A stretch of 61,764 nucleotides of DNA, counting the filler, from Actinomycetota bacterium (lineage in GTDB: Bacteria > Actinomycetota > CADDZG01 > JAHWKV01 > JAOPZY01): NCBI GenBank assembly GCA_025963875.1. It is 7 parts of 7 records of this genome, joined end to end, with 100 filler letters (N's around TTAATTAATTAA, not from the genome) between each part and the next. Parts side by side here need not be neighbours in the genome. Positions count along the whole stretch, not along the records: positions 46,120 to 51,139 come from JAOPZY010000171.1; positions 51,240 to 55,504 come from JAOPZY010000022.1; positions 55,605 to 59,113 come from JAOPZY010000054.1; positions 59,214 to 61,764 come from JAOPZY010000203.1; 3 more parts are not named here. One strand, given 5' to 3'. A model generated the notes under the pieces. That model worked only from the letters and a program-made list of their open reading frames with translations, did not search any database and was not told where the DNA came from. Shown piece after piece: positions 49,301 to 59,422 of this stretch; the first letter of the stretch is position 1, and each line of letters opens with the position of its first letter. The position numbers were made by a program, and so were the translations under genes.

Positions 49301-49560
49301 TGATCGCCCAGGGCCACCTCAGCGCTGCCGAGTCCTTCGTGGTCCACCCCCTCCCGGGGACGGTCATGGACTTCGAGGTCCGGCTCGCGCTGACCGAACT
49401 TGCCATCGCACGAGGGGACCCGGATGCACCCGAGACGGCCGCCCAGGCCCTTGCGCTCGCGGAGGAGGCAGGCCACCTCTTCAGCGCCAGCCGGCTGCGG
49501 CAGCTCCTGGGCGCGACGTCGCCCGCGTCGCTCCCCGAGCTCGTGCCGCCACTGGGATGA
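46361..49560 (+). pseudogene. SARP/BTAD-AAA-TPR (STAND) regulator with one frameshift near 48365
   Basis: IRLLGGF wHTH, BTAD, FVGREQE, GIAGVGKS, VDDLQWAD. After ARAFARAG the protein-like sequence continues in another frame (RLRLDRFAGGEAERLAERGL...) into the TPR ORF ending at 49560. Confidence 0.8.
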
Positions 49561-49610
49561 TGCAAGTGTCTCAATCGATATGGGGGACTCCTCACGGATC
49601 GGAGAACGTA

Positions 49611-49871
49611 GTGGACGACACGGTGAGCTTTGAAGCCGGCATCCTCCCGCTGTTCACGCAGAAGGACATCCAGCACATGGATGGCTTCAGGGTGCATCTG
49701 AGCGACTACGCCTACATGAGTGACCCGACGAACGACCACGCCAATGCCCGCCACGTCCATGAATGCGTCTCCGTCGGAGAGATGCCCCCGGCAAACAGCG
49801 GCGAGGAGCCCTGGGGGCCGGAGCAGGTCGAGCTTTTCTCTCGGTGGCTGGCAGGCGGATATCAACCCTGA
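49611..49871 (+). CDS. Small conserved hypothetical protein
   Basis: SFEAGILPLF..KDIQHM...GEMPP...W..EQVELF.RW..GG.QP; GGAG upstream of GTG 49611. Confidence 0.65.
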   Translation: MDDTVSFEAGILPLFTQKDIQHMDGFRVHLSDYAYMSDPTNDHANARHVHECVSVGEMPPANSGEEPWGPEQVELFSRWLAGGYQP

Positions 49872-49899
49872 CGGGAGCCCGGCGCCACAACCGTGTGGG

Positions 49900-50409
49900 T
49901 CACTCGCCGGGCTGCGATTGCTCCTTCACGCGTACCAGGAAGAGGGCAAGCCCGAGACCCAGTACGACCCCTGCCTCGACGCCCAGCTCGATTTGTGATT
50001 GGCGGAAAACCCGGCCCGTCATCTCCCCCGCCAGGCTCAGCCGGGCTCCGACGGTGAGAATGTGGCGCACGCCCGAGATGATGCCGATGATCAGGAAGGG
50101 CTGGAGCTGGAACCCCGCATGCTCGAAATGGGCTACCACGGTGGTCATCAGCTCCAGCACGATCACGACGAACAGCACACCGTTGAGGCCGTCGATGACG
50201 CGGTTTGCCAGGTCGCGATGCCGCCCCAGAAGATCGATGCCGGTCTTGTAGAGGGCCATGCCGGCCAGCACCAGGAGGGCGGCGACGACAACGTAGTGCA
50301 CGAGGTCTTCGGTGAGGTTGATGAAGGCCATCGGCCTGCGTAACTGCTTCGACGCAGGAGTGGCTGCCGGAGCGGGCGAGAACTGGTCACCGGTCGCTAC
50401 CACGGGCAC
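49900..50409 (-). CDS. Phosphate-starvation-inducible PsiE family protein
   Basis: LFVVIVLELMTTV, LQPFLIIGIISGVRHIL. Confidence 0.8.
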   Translation of the reverse strand: MPVVATGDQFSPAPAATPASKQLRRPMAFINLTEDLVHYVVVAALLVLAGMALYKTGIDLLGRHRDLANRVIDGLNGVLFVVIVLELMTTVVAHFEHAGFQLQPFLIIGIISGVRHILTVGARLSLAGEMTGRVFRQSQIELGVEAGVVLGLGLALFLVRVKEQSQPGE

Positions 50410-50530
50410 CTCCCTCGGGGTGACTGGTGATCGGGTCTGCTGCTGATCGGCGGAGACACGCGAGTCATCTCCACCCCTCCGACCCCAACAAGTCTAGCGA
50501 GCCCCCGCGTACGCGGGCAACCCCCAGGAC

Positions 50531-50563
50531 CGTAGTCATTTCGTAGTCATTCCCGTAGTCATT
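50531..50563 (+). repeat. Triple direct repeat CGTAGTCATT
   Basis: Exact copies at 50531, 50542 and 50554, followed by about 200 bp of AT-rich DNA. Confidence 0.85.
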
Positions 50564-50771
50564 CTCGGGATCATGGTGTTTCTCGTTTCCAAGAGATTAA
50601 AACTCCTCCCACTGATCATCATCTTCTGCTATGAATGCACCAAATTAGGTCTTGGCAACGGCCGCATCGTGGACTAGCATCCCGAGTCGTTCGAGGACAC
50701 CCCTTCTGCCCAAAGATGCATTTTCCACAGAATGAGATGCCCATTCCTCACTGGATTTGTCTATGCCCATA

Positions 50772-51139
50772 ATGAACGCTGAGACCAGCGTCGCCTGTGC
50801 ACGTCGCCTCTCCCGGCGCATCCGCCTCGGCACGGTCGACATCGGCGGGGGCGCGCCCATCTCGATCCAGTCGATGACCATCACGAAGACCGAGGACATC
50901 GGCGCCACGCTGATCCAGGTCCACGCCCTCGCCACCCAGGGGGCGGACATCGTCCGTGTTGCGGTGCCCCACGAGGGCGACGCCAGGGCACTGCCGGCGA
51001 TCGTCGCCCAGGCGGGCGTCCCCATCGTCGCCGACATCCACTTCTCCTACCGCCTCGCCCTCATGGCGCTCGAGGCGGGCGTGCAGGGGCTGCGGCTGAA
51101 TCCCGGCAACATCCGTGACGACGGCCAGATCCGCACCGT
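50772..51139 (+). CDS. ispG: (E)-4-hydroxy-3-methylbut-2-enyl-diphosphate synthase, 3' truncated
   Basis: GGGAPISIQSMT, GADIVRVAVP, PIVADIHF, RLNPGNI. Exact start uncertain. Confidence 0.93.
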
Positions 51140-51239
51140 NNNNNNNNNNNNNNNNNNNNNNNNNNNNNNNNNNNNNNNNNNNNTTAATTAATTAANNNNN
51201 NNNNNNNNNNNNNNNNNNNNNNNNNNNNNNNNNNNNNNN
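51140..51239. other. Artificial contig linker
   Basis: N/TTAATTAATTAA/N, 100 nt. Confidence 0.98.
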
Positions 51240-51302
51240 CCCGGCGCCACGTCGACCATCGACTTCGTCTGCAGGCCGTAGGACCGGTTTCCGGGGGGAT
51301 GG

Positions 51303-54300
51303 CTAGCCCGCCGCCGACCCCGCCACCCGGCGCAGCGACTCGGCCCGGCGCTGCAGGTCGTCGATCACCGTGGCGGCCCGCCGCATGTCCATCTCCTGGG
51401 CCATATCCAGGGCCCGCCCCAGCAGGCCGATGACCGTGGAGGCGTCGCCCGGACCGTTGCGCGACGTGAGCATCGCCGCGTGCTGGATCAGCGTCATCAC
51501 CGTCATCGGCCTCGCCCCCAGCGCTTCGTTGGCCGCCATGGCCGTCTCGAACAGGCGCGCCGCCTCCTCGAAGCGGCCCAGGGTGCCGGCGAGGATGCCG
51601 AGGAAGGTGGCGGCCGACCCGAGCGAGAACCCTCCCGCATGCACCACGATGCAGCGCTGCTCGTACGGCTCGAGCAGGTCGTAGAGGAGCGCCGCCCGGC
51701 GGAAGTCCCGCAGGTAGGCACAGGCCAGCGACGCCATGGCGATCGACCCCAGCCAGTTGCCGTCCCGCGGCATGTCGGCGAAGTCGGCGGCGGCCAGGTC
51801 CTCGAAGTAGGCCCTCGCCTCCACGGGGCGGTCGAGCTCGGCGTAGATCACCGCCAGGCCGGTGCGCCAGCCGGGCAGCCACGGGTACCGGTCGGCCATC
51901 TCGCGAGCCTGTGCCTCCATCTCCTCGAGGCGGCCCCGCCCCCAGTGGTGGAGGAACCGCTGGGCACCGAACCGGATCTGGGCGGCCTGGCCCGGGCCGT
52001 GCCCGCTGGTCTTCAGCGCCTCCTTCATGAATCCCTCGCCGTCGGCGAAACGGCCCTCGAGCAGGGCGACCATCGTCTTGAAGCTCAACACCTGCCAGCG
52101 GAACAGCGGCTGGCGCAGCTCCTCCGCATGGCGGGCCCAGGTCTCGATGCCCTCGTCCACCGCCGCGCGGTCCCCCCGCTCCAGCAGGGTCACGAGCCGG
52201 AGGTGCCTGCCGCGCGAGGCGGTCTCCCGGTCGCCGATCTCCTCGCCGAGGCGAACGATCTCCTCGGCGGCGGCCAGGCGTTCGTCGAGGGCGTCCGGCC
52301 CCAGCACCGACCGGAACCGGCCGTAGAGGGCGATGAGCTGTGCGGCGGGGTCCCCGAGGGTCTGGGCCAGCTCGACCGCCTCCTGGCCCAGGGCGGCCCG
52401 GCGCTCGACCTGGTCGGTGTAGTACAGCTCGACCGCGAGGCGGGCCAGCACCTTCACGCGCAGGCGCGCGGTGGTGGCCTGCGGCGAGTCGCCCGCCCGG
52501 CGGTGCCGGCGGCGAACGGGGCGCGGCCGCCACGAGTCGAGGGCGGCGAGCGACTCCTCGAGCAGGCCGACGAGGACGTCGTCGGCCCCCTCGGCGAACT
52601 CGTAGGCGCCCAGTCCCTCCCCGTAGCCGACGGCGGCGGCGGCCAGGCGGTTCGGGTCGTGCAGGCGCCGGGCGATCGAGGCTGCCTGGGTGAAGGTCCC
52701 TCTCGCCCTCGGGGTGTCGCCGGCCCGCCACTGCGTCTCGCCGAGGGCCAGCAGCAGGTCGCATCGCCGAGGTTCCGGCACCTTGATGCCCCGGTCCGCC
52801 TTCCGGCCTTCGCCCAGGGACCGTAGCGCCCGCTCGTAGTGGCGGGATGCCTCCTCGAAGGCCAGCAGCGAGGCCGCCCGCTCCCCGGCTCGTGCCGCGT
52901 AGTCGATGGCCCGCATGCCACCCCGCCGCCTGCCCGCCGCCTCGTAATGGTGGGCCAGCTCGGCGAGGTGCGAATCGAGGCCGTCGCCGTACATCGCCTC
53001 CAGGACCTCGGCGATGCGGCGGTGGAGCCGGTGCCGGCGACGGGGCGCCAGGCTCCCGTAGATGGTCTCTCGCAGGAGGGTGTGATTGAAGCGGTAGGAG
53101 CCGGGAGCCGCGGCGCCGGGGAGCTCGACCAGCACCCTCGCGGCGACGGCCTCGTCCAGCGCGGCGGACACGCGGTGGGCAAGGATGCCCGAGACCCGCT
53201 GGAGCACGCGCAGGTCGAATTCCCGCCCGATGGCCGATGCTACGGCAAGCACATCGTTGCAGCCGGGCGAGAGATGGTCCATGCGACGCCCGATCGTCTC
53301 CCGGACCGTCTCGGGGATGTCGAGGTCCCAGGCGGCCGCGTTGGCCTCGCCCTCGAGCCGTCCCTCGGCCGCCAGCAGGCGGACGACCTCCCGCACGAAG
53401 AGCGGGTTGCCCTCGGTCTGGCGGTAGACGGCCGAGAGGACGGGCTCGGCGGGCCTGGCGCCGGTGGCGACCTCCATGAACCGGGCCACCTCGTCCTCGC
53501 GGAGGCCGGGGAGGACGATCGTCGTGGCCGCCTCCCCCCGCAGGCCGACGAGCGTCTTCTCGAGCGGGTGCCCCGGTGACAGTCCGAGGCGGTGCGTCCC
53601 GACGATGAGCAGCCGGCAGCCTCCCAGCGAGCCGGCGAGGAACTCCAGCAGGAGCAGCGAGGGCGTGTCGGCCGACTGCAGGTCGTCGAGGACGATGACC
53701 AGCGGGCGCGCGGCTGCGGCGTTGCGGAGCAGCGAGGTGATCGAATCGAAGAGCCGGAAGCGAGCCTGCCGTGGGTCGTTGACCGCAGGCTCGGCGGCCT
53801 CCGGGAGGCGTCCGGAGAGCTCGGGGACGATCTGCGAGATGTCGGCGGCCCCCGGTCCCATCAGCGTCGACAGGTCCGTGAGGTCGCGCCCCCGGATGTA
53901 CGCCCGGAGCACCTGGATCCACGGCCAGTAGGCGGGGGCTCCGCCACCCTCGTAGCAGCGCCCCACCAGCACCTCGGCGCCGCGCGAGCTCGCATAGGTG
54001 GCCAGCTCGTTGGCGGTGCGGGTCTTGCCGATGCCAGGGTCGCCGCTCAGCAGCACCAGCCGGCCCCGACCCGCTGCGGCCTCCTGGAACAGGTCGCGGA
54101 GCGTCCCGATCTCGCGCTCGCGCCCGACGAAGACTCCCGCGCCGACGGTCTCCGCGAGGACCTGCTCGATGGCGGGCAGCGCCTCGCCACCCTGCCGGCT
54201 GGGCAGCGGCGCCCGCCCGGGGTCGAGCGGCAGCGAGGCCCGGATCACCGTCCCGGCCGCCCCGGAGGTGATGAAGAGGTCGCCGCCGAGGGAGCGGATG

Positions 54301-55283
54301 CGGTCGTCCATGCTGGTCAGGCCGTGGCGGTCGGCGTCGGCGTCGCGCTGGAAGCCGACGCCGTTGTCGGACACCGTGATCGTGAGCCGCTGCTCCTCGA
54401 TGGTGAGGGCGATGGCGATCTCGGAGGCCTCGGCATGCTTGAGCACGTTGGCGATCGCCTCCGAGAGGATGAAGTAGGCGCTGGACTCGATGTCACGGGC
54501 GAGGCGGGGGAGCGGATCGGGGTCGGTCGTGATCCGGGTGGTGATCGGGATCCTGCCCGCCTGGGACCGGAGGGCGGAGGTGAGCCCGAGGTCCCTGAGC
54601 ACCGAGGGGTAGAGGTCGTGGCTCACCTCCCGGACGCGGTCGAGGACCCGCTCGACCTCGGCCCCCAGCTCGGCGAAGATCGCCTTGCCCACCGCGGGGT
54701 CGCGGCTTACTCGTTCGGCCGCCATGCCGAGGCCGATCTGGAGGACGACGAGCTGCTGCTGGAGCCCGTCGTGGAGGTCGCGGGCGAGGCGGCGGCGTTC
54801 CTCGTCACGTGCGGAGGTGATGCGGAGCGACGCCTCCTGGAGGGCGTCGGCCTGGCTGCCGATCAGCTCGAGCTGGGAGCGCACCTCCATTTTCATGGTC
54901 TCGAGGGCCGAGGCGAGCTGCCCGATCTCATCGTGTGAGGTGTGGACGAAGCGGGCGTCGAGGTTGCCGGCGGCCACCTGCCGGGCGGTGCCCGACAGCA
55001 TCCGGAGCGGTCTCGTCACCATCCGGATCGTGACCCAGGACAGGGCGACGGCGGCAGCTACCAGCAGCAGCCCGAGGATGAGCAGGTCGGTGGCGGAGAT
55101 CTCGCTGGGGCTGGGCCGCCCGGACAGCCAGCCGGCGAAGAGGGCGGTCGCGACGCTCCCTATCACGAGGGCGCCGATCACCGGTGACACGATCTTGACC
55201 AGCATCGAGGCCCGGATCCGTCCGGCGAAGGTGTGGGAGGCCGGAGCGCGGGCCGGACGGGGCGCGTTCGGGTCGGTGCTCAT
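51303..55283 (-). CDS. Fusion protein: 2TM-HAMP-HisKA_3-HATPase kinase plus STAND AAA ATPase plus TPR-like domain
   Basis: EERRRLARDLHD, EAIANVLKHA, DNGVGF, then FVGRERE, GDPGIGKT, LDDLQSAD, TEGNPLFV in one continuous ORF. Confidence 0.88.
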   Translation of the reverse strand: MSTDPNAPRPARAPASHTFAGRIRASMLVKIVSPVIGALVIGSVATALFAGWLSGRPSPSEISATDLLILGLLLVAAAVALSWVTIRMVTRPLRMLSGTARQVAAGNLDARFVHTSHDEIGQLASALETMKMEVRSQLELIGSQADALQEASLRITSARDEERRRLARDLHDGLQQQLVVLQIGLGMAAERVSRDPAVGKAIFAELGAEVERVLDRVREVSHDLYPSVLRDLGLTSALRSQAGRIPITTRITTDPDPLPRLARDIESSAYFILSEAIANVLKHAEASEIAIALTIEEQRLTITVSDNGVGFQRDADADRHGLTSMDDRIRSLGGDLFITSGAAGTVIRASLPLDPGRAPLPSRQGGEALPAIEQVLAETVGAGVFVGREREIGTLRDLFQEAAAGRGRLVLLSGDPGIGKTRTANELATYASSRGAEVLVGRCYEGGGAPAYWPWIQVLRAYIRGRDLTDLSTLMGPGAADISQIVPELSGRLPEAAEPAVNDPRQARFRLFDSITSLLRNAAAARPLVIVLDDLQSADTPSLLLLEFLAGSLGGCRLLIVGTHRLGLSPGHPLEKTLVGLRGEAATTIVLPGLREDEVARFMEVATGARPAEPVLSAVYRQTEGNPLFVREVVRLLAAEGRLEGEANAAAWDLDIPETVRETIGRRMDHLSPGCNDVLAVASAIGREFDLRVLQRVSGILAHRVSAALDEAVAARVLVELPGAAAPGSYRFNHTLLRETIYGSLAPRRRHRLHRRIAEVLEAMYGDGLDSHLAELAHHYEAAGRRRGGMRAIDYAARAGERAASLLAFEEASRHYERALRSLGEGRKADRGIKVPEPRRCDLLLALGETQWRAGDTPRARGTFTQAASIARRLHDPNRLAAAAVGYGEGLGAYEFAEGADDVLVGLLEESLAALDSWRPRPVRRRHRRAGDSPQATTARLRVKVLARLAVELYYTDQVERRAALGQEAVELAQTLGDPAAQLIALYGRFRSVLGPDALDERLAAAEEIVRLGEEIGDRETASRGRHLRLVTLLERGDRAAVDEGIETWARHAEELRQPLFRWQVLSFKTMVALLEGRFADGEGFMKEALKTSGHGPGQAAQIRFGAQRFLHHWGRGRLEEMEAQAREMADRYPWLPGWRTGLAVIYAELDRPVEARAYFEDLAAADFADMPRDGNWLGSIAMASLACAYLRDFRRAALLYDLLEPYEQRCIVVHAGGFSLGSAATFLGILAGTLGRFEEAARLFETAMAANEALGARPMTVMTLIQHAAMLTSRNGPGDASTVIGLLGRALDMAQEMDMRRAATVIDDLQRRAESLRRVAGSAAG

Positions 55284-55339
55284 CGCCGCACGCTCGTCAT
55301 CCTCGGCTGGTCTTGACCGGAGCAGGGCCCCCTCCCCTT

Positions 55340-55368
55340 GATCCGGCGCCTTGAGGGGCGCCTCGGGC
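55340..55368 (-). repeat. Single copy of GCCCGAGGCGCCCCTCAAGGCGCCGGATC
   Basis: 29/29 identical to 27285-27313 in opposite orientation, on a different contig. Confidence 0.9.
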
Positions 55369-55504
55369 CGGGTTTTGCCAGCTGGGTCAGCTGGGTCCAG
55401 CAATGATTGTCGTCGAAAAGCGAGACTGTAGCCCGTGAGGCTCCATGACCCCGCCTCCGGCAGGCGGCCGCTCGCCGGCATCCTGCTCGTGGCGTTGCTG
55501 CTCG

Positions 55505-55604
55505 NNNNNNNNNNNNNNNNNNNNNNNNNNNNNNNNNNNNNNNNNNNNTTAATTAATTAANNNNNNNNNNNNNNNNNNNNNNNNNNNNNNNNNNNNNNNN
55601 NNNN
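55505..55604. other. Artificial contig linker
   Basis: N/TTAATTAATTAA/N, 100 nt. Confidence 0.98.
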
Positions 55605-56786
55605 CAGCGGGAGCGGGCCGACGCCGTGCTGATGCCGACCTACCGGCGCTACCCGGTGACGTTCGCCCGCGGCAAGGGCTTCTACCTCTACGACGAGACG
55701 GGCCGCCCGTACCTCGACTTCGTGGCCGGCGTCGCGGTGACGGCGCTCGGTCATGCGCACCCGGCGGTGACCGAGGCGGTGGCCCGGCAGGCGGGACGCC
55801 TCGTCCACACGTCGAACCTCTACTACACCGAACCGATGGCGCAGCTCGCCGGGCACCTGACGCGGCTGCTCGGCTGGCCCGACGGGCGGGTCTTCTTCGC
55901 CAACTCCGGCGCCGAGGCGAACGAGTGCGCCCTGAAGCTGGTACGGAAGGCCGTTCCCGGCCGGCCGGAGACGATTGCCGCCTGGGGGTCCTTCCACGGG
56001 AGGACGATGCAGACCCTGGCCGCCACGGGCCAGCCCGCCAAGTGGGAGGCGTTCCAACCGCTGCCCCCCGGCTTCGTCCACGTCCCCTACGACGACGCCC
56101 CCGCCGTCGAAGCGGCGGTCTCCGACGCCACCGCTGCGGTCCTGCTGGAGCCGGTCCAGGGGGAAGGTGGCGTGGTCGTGCCGGGGATGGGTTACCTGCC
56201 GGCGGTCCGCTCGATCTGCGATGACCGTGGCGTGGCCCTCCTGCTGGACGAGGTGCAGACCGGTCTCGGGCGCACGGGCGAGTGGTTCGGATTCCAGGCC
56301 TACGGCGACCATGCCGTGCCCGACGTCATCTCCCTCGCCAAGGCGCTCGGCAACGGCTTCCCCATCGGGGCCTGCATCGCCCGTGGGCGGTACGCCACCG
56401 CCTTCGCGCCCGGTGACCACGCCACCACCGTCGGCGGGGGCCCCGTGGTCTGCGCCGCGGCCCTGGCGGTGCTGGAAACGATCGAGCGGGACGGGCTGGT
56501 CGAGCGGGCGCGCAAGGTGGGCGACTACCTGCGCCAGGGTCTGGCCGGTCTGGTCGAGAGCCACGAGCTGCCCATCGCCGTGCGGGGCAAGGGCCTGCTG
56601 CTGGCGCTGCAGCTGGGGTCGGACTCGGCCCGCGACGTGGCGATGGCCGCCCTGTCCGAAGGTCTGCTGGTCAACGACGTCTGCCCCTCGGTCCTACGGT
56701 TCTGCCCGCCGCTCACCATCGGCGAGGCGGAGTGCGACGAGGCGGTCGACATCCTGGCGAAAGTGTTGCGGAGGCTCGCTGCATGA
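55605..56786 (+). CDS. argD: Acetylornithine aminotransferase (5' end probably in the gap)
   Basis: LMPTYRR, NSGAEANE, SFHGRT, DEVQTGLGRTG, SLAKALG. Confidence 0.93.
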   Translation, partial: QRERADAVLMPTYRRYPVTFARGKGFYLYDETGRPYLDFVAGVAVTALGHAHPAVTEAVARQAGRLVHTSNLYYTEPMAQLAGHLTRLLGWPDGRVFFANSGAEANECALKLVRKAVPGRPETIAAWGSFHGRTMQTLAATGQPAKWEAFQPLPPGFVHVPYDDAPAVEAAVSDATAAVLLEPVQGEGGVVVPGMGYLPAVRSICDDRGVALLLDEVQTGLGRTGEWFGFQAYGDHAVPDVISLAKALGNGFPIGACIARGRYATAFAPGDHATTVGGGPVVCAAALAVLETIERDGLVERARKVGDYLRQGLAGLVESHELPIAVRGKGLLLALQLGSDSARDVAMAALSEGLLVNDVCPSVLRFCPPLTIGEAECDEAVDILAKVLRRLAA

Positions 56787-57703
56787 CCCGCCACCTCCTG
56801 TCCTCGGACGACCTGACCTCCGCGCAGCAGGCTTCGATCATCGCTCGGGCCGTCCACGTGAAGAAGGACCGGCGAGAGCACGCCCTGACCCTTGAGGGCC
56901 GCTCGGTGGCGATGATCTTCGAGAAGCCGTCGACCCGCACCCGGGTCTCCTTCGAGGTGGCCGTCAGCGAGCTCGGTGGGCACCCCCTCGTATTGAAGCC
57001 CGACGAGGTGCAGCTTGGCCGCGGCGAGACGATCCCGGACACCGCCCGCATCCTGTCGAGGTTCTGCGACGCCATCGTGATCCGGACCTTCGCCCAGCAT
57101 CGGCTGACGGCCCTCGCCGAGGCGGCCTCGATCCCCGTCGTCAACGCCCTGTCCGACGAGGAGCATCCCTGCCAGGCTCTCGCCGACGTGATGACCATCG
57201 GGGAGCGCTTCGACGACCTGTCGTCGGTGCGGCTCTGCTATCTCGGCGATGGCAACAACGTCTGCCATTCGCTGCTGCTCGCGGGGGCCAAGGCGGGGCT
57301 GGAAAGGGTGGACGTCGCGTCGCCGCCGGGCTACGAGCCGGACGCCGCCGTGGTGGCCAGGGCGCAGGCGATCGGTGAGGAGACCGGCACGGTGATCGCC
57401 GTGTCGAGCGAACCTGCCGCTGCCGCCCGGGGCGCGCACGTCGTCTACACCGACGTGTGGGCCAGCATGGGAAGGGAGTCGGAGCGCGAGGAGCGCCTGG
57501 CGCGCTTCCGAGGCTTCGCCGTCAGCTCGGCGATCATGGCCAGCGCTGCTCCGGGCGCCATCGCCATGCACTGCCTGCCGGCGCACCGCGGGGAGGAGAT
57601 CGACGCCGAGGTCATCGACGGACCCGCCTCTGCGGTGTGGGACCAGGCCGAGAACCGCCTCCACACCGCCAAGGCCGTGCTCGAGTGGGTGCTGTCCTCG
57701 TGA
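56783..57703 (+). CDS. argF: Ornithine carbamoyltransferase
   Basis: STRTR, HPCQ, DVWASMG, HCLP, QAENR. Confidence 0.96.
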   Translation: MTRHLLSSDDLTSAQQASIIARAVHVKKDRREHALTLEGRSVAMIFEKPSTRTRVSFEVAVSELGGHPLVLKPDEVQLGRGETIPDTARILSRFCDAIVIRTFAQHRLTALAEAASIPVVNALSDEEHPCQALADVMTIGERFDDLSSVRLCYLGDGNNVCHSLLLAGAKAGLERVDVASPPGYEPDAAVVARAQAIGEETGTVIAVSSEPAAAARGAHVVYTDVWASMGRESEREERLARFRGFAVSSAIMASAAPGAIAMHCLPAHRGEEIDAEVIDGPASAVWDQAENRLHTAKAVLEWVLSS

Positions 57704-58212
57704 ACGCGGGCCTGAAGGCGGAGCGCCAGCGCCGGATCGCCAGGCTGCTGGCCCAGCGGGCGGTGACGAGCCAGCAGGAGCTGGTCGGGCTCCTGGCCGC
57801 CACCGGGCAGCCGGCCACCCAGGCGACGGTCTCGCGGGACCTCGAGGAGCTGGGGGCCTACAAGGTGCGGCGCAACGGACACGTCGTCTACGCGCTTCCG
57901 TCCGCCACCGCCCCCGGCTCGGTCCCCGGCCCCGGGGGTGACAGCCTGCGGCGGCTGCTCGCCGGCTCGGTCGGCGAGGTCGAGACGTCGGGCAACATCG
58001 TCATCGTCCACACGCCCCCGGGTTATGCCGCGATGGTCGCCTCGGCCGTCGACCGGGCCGGCATGGAGGGCATCGCCGGCACCGTGGCCGGCGACGACAC
58101 GATCCTCGTGGTCTGCCGGCAGGGTGTGCCGGGCCGGACCGTGGAACTGCGGCTGCGCCAGCTGGCCGGCCTGGAGACCAAGCAACTGCACAGTAGAGGA
58201 GGAAAGCGGTGA
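57700..58212 (+). CDS. argR: Arginine repressor
   Basis: TQATVSRDLEELG, GTVAGDDTIL. Confidence 0.95.
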   Translation: MNAGLKAERQRRIARLLAQRAVTSQQELVGLLAATGQPATQATVSRDLEELGAYKVRRNGHVVYALPSATAPGSVPGPGGDSLRRLLAGSVGEVETSGNIVIVHTPPGYAAMVASAVDRAGMEGIAGTVAGDDTILVVCRQGVPGRTVELRLRQLAGLETKQLHSRGGKR

Positions 58213-59113
58213 CCGAGCGAGTGGTGCTGGCGTATTCCGGAGGCCTGGACACGACCGTGGCCGTGGCCTGGATGGTGGAGGCCAAGGGCCTGGAGGTGGT
58301 CGCCGTGGCGGCGGACGTCGGCCAGGGGGGCGACCCGGAGGTGCTGCGCGACCGGGCACTCGCCGCGGGCGCCATCGACGCCGTCGTGGTCGACGCCCGG
58401 GACGAGTACGCGGACCGGTACCTCCTCCCGGCCCTGCAGGCCAATGCCCGCTACCAGGGCAAGTACCCGCTCGTGTCGGCCCTCTCGCGCCCGCTCATCT
58501 GCGACCATCTCGTGCGTGCGGCGCGGCGATTCGACGCCCGCTACGTCGCCCACGGCTGCACCGGCAAGGGCAACGACCAGGTGCGGTTCGAGGTGTCGCT
58601 CGGGGCGCTGGCGCCCGACCTCCGGGTGCTGGCTCCCGTCCGGGACTGGGGGTGGACCCGCGAGCAGACCGCCGCCTATGGCGAGGCCCGCGGGCTCCCC
58701 GTGCGGTCGGGCGCCAAGCCGCTGTACTCGATCGACGAGAACCTCTGGGGCCGGGCCATCGAGTGCGGGGCGCTGGAGGACCCCATGGCCGAGGCCCCCG
58801 AGGACGTCTGGGAGCGAACCGTCGACCCCCGCAAGGCGCCGACGGACCCCGACTACGTCGAGATCCTGTTCGAGAACGGCGTGCCCACCGGGATCGACGG
58901 CGAGGCGCTCAGGTTCGCCGAGATCGTCCGCCGGCTCGACCAGCGGGCCGGCAGCTTCGGCGTCGGGCGGCTCGACATGATCGAGGACCGGGTGGTGGGC
59001 ATCAAGTCCCGGGAGGTCTACGAGGTGCCCGCCGCGGCGGTGCTGATCATGGCGCACACCGACCTGGAGGAGCTGACCCTCGAGCGCGACCTGCTGCGGG
59101 CCAAGCGGGACCT
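58209..59113 (+). CDS. argG: Argininosuccinate synthase, 3' truncated
   Basis: LAYSGGLDT, HGCTGKGNDQVRFE, SIDENLWG, IKSREVYE. Confidence 0.96.
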
Positions 59114-59213
59114 NNNNNNNNNNNNNNNNNNNNNNNNNNNNNNNNNNNNNNNNNNNNTTAATTAATTAANNNNNNNNNNNNNNNNNNNNNNNNNNNNNNN
59201 NNNNNNNNNNNNN
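59114..59213. other. Artificial contig linker
   Basis: N/TTAATTAATTAA/N, 100 nt. Confidence 0.98.
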
Positions 59214-59422
59214 CGACGTCGGAGACCATCCACAAGACCCTCGCCGAGGCGATGCACCTGGCGGCGTCGGGCGTCACCCTCAACGTCTTCATGCTGGAGG
59301 ACTCGCCCGGCCTCGTCGCCTTCATGGAGAAGCTCGGCCGCCTGACGGCGGGCCGGGTGTTCCGGATGGACAGCCAGGACCTCGGCCGCTTCATCCTCTC
59401 GGACTACGTCCGCCGGGCCTGA
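59214..59422 (+). CDS. C-terminus of a vWA-domain protein
   Basis: My translation: ...ETIHKTLAEAMHLAASGVTLNVFMLEDSPGLVAFMEKLGRLTAGRVF...LGRFILSDYVRRA*. Confidence 0.65.
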
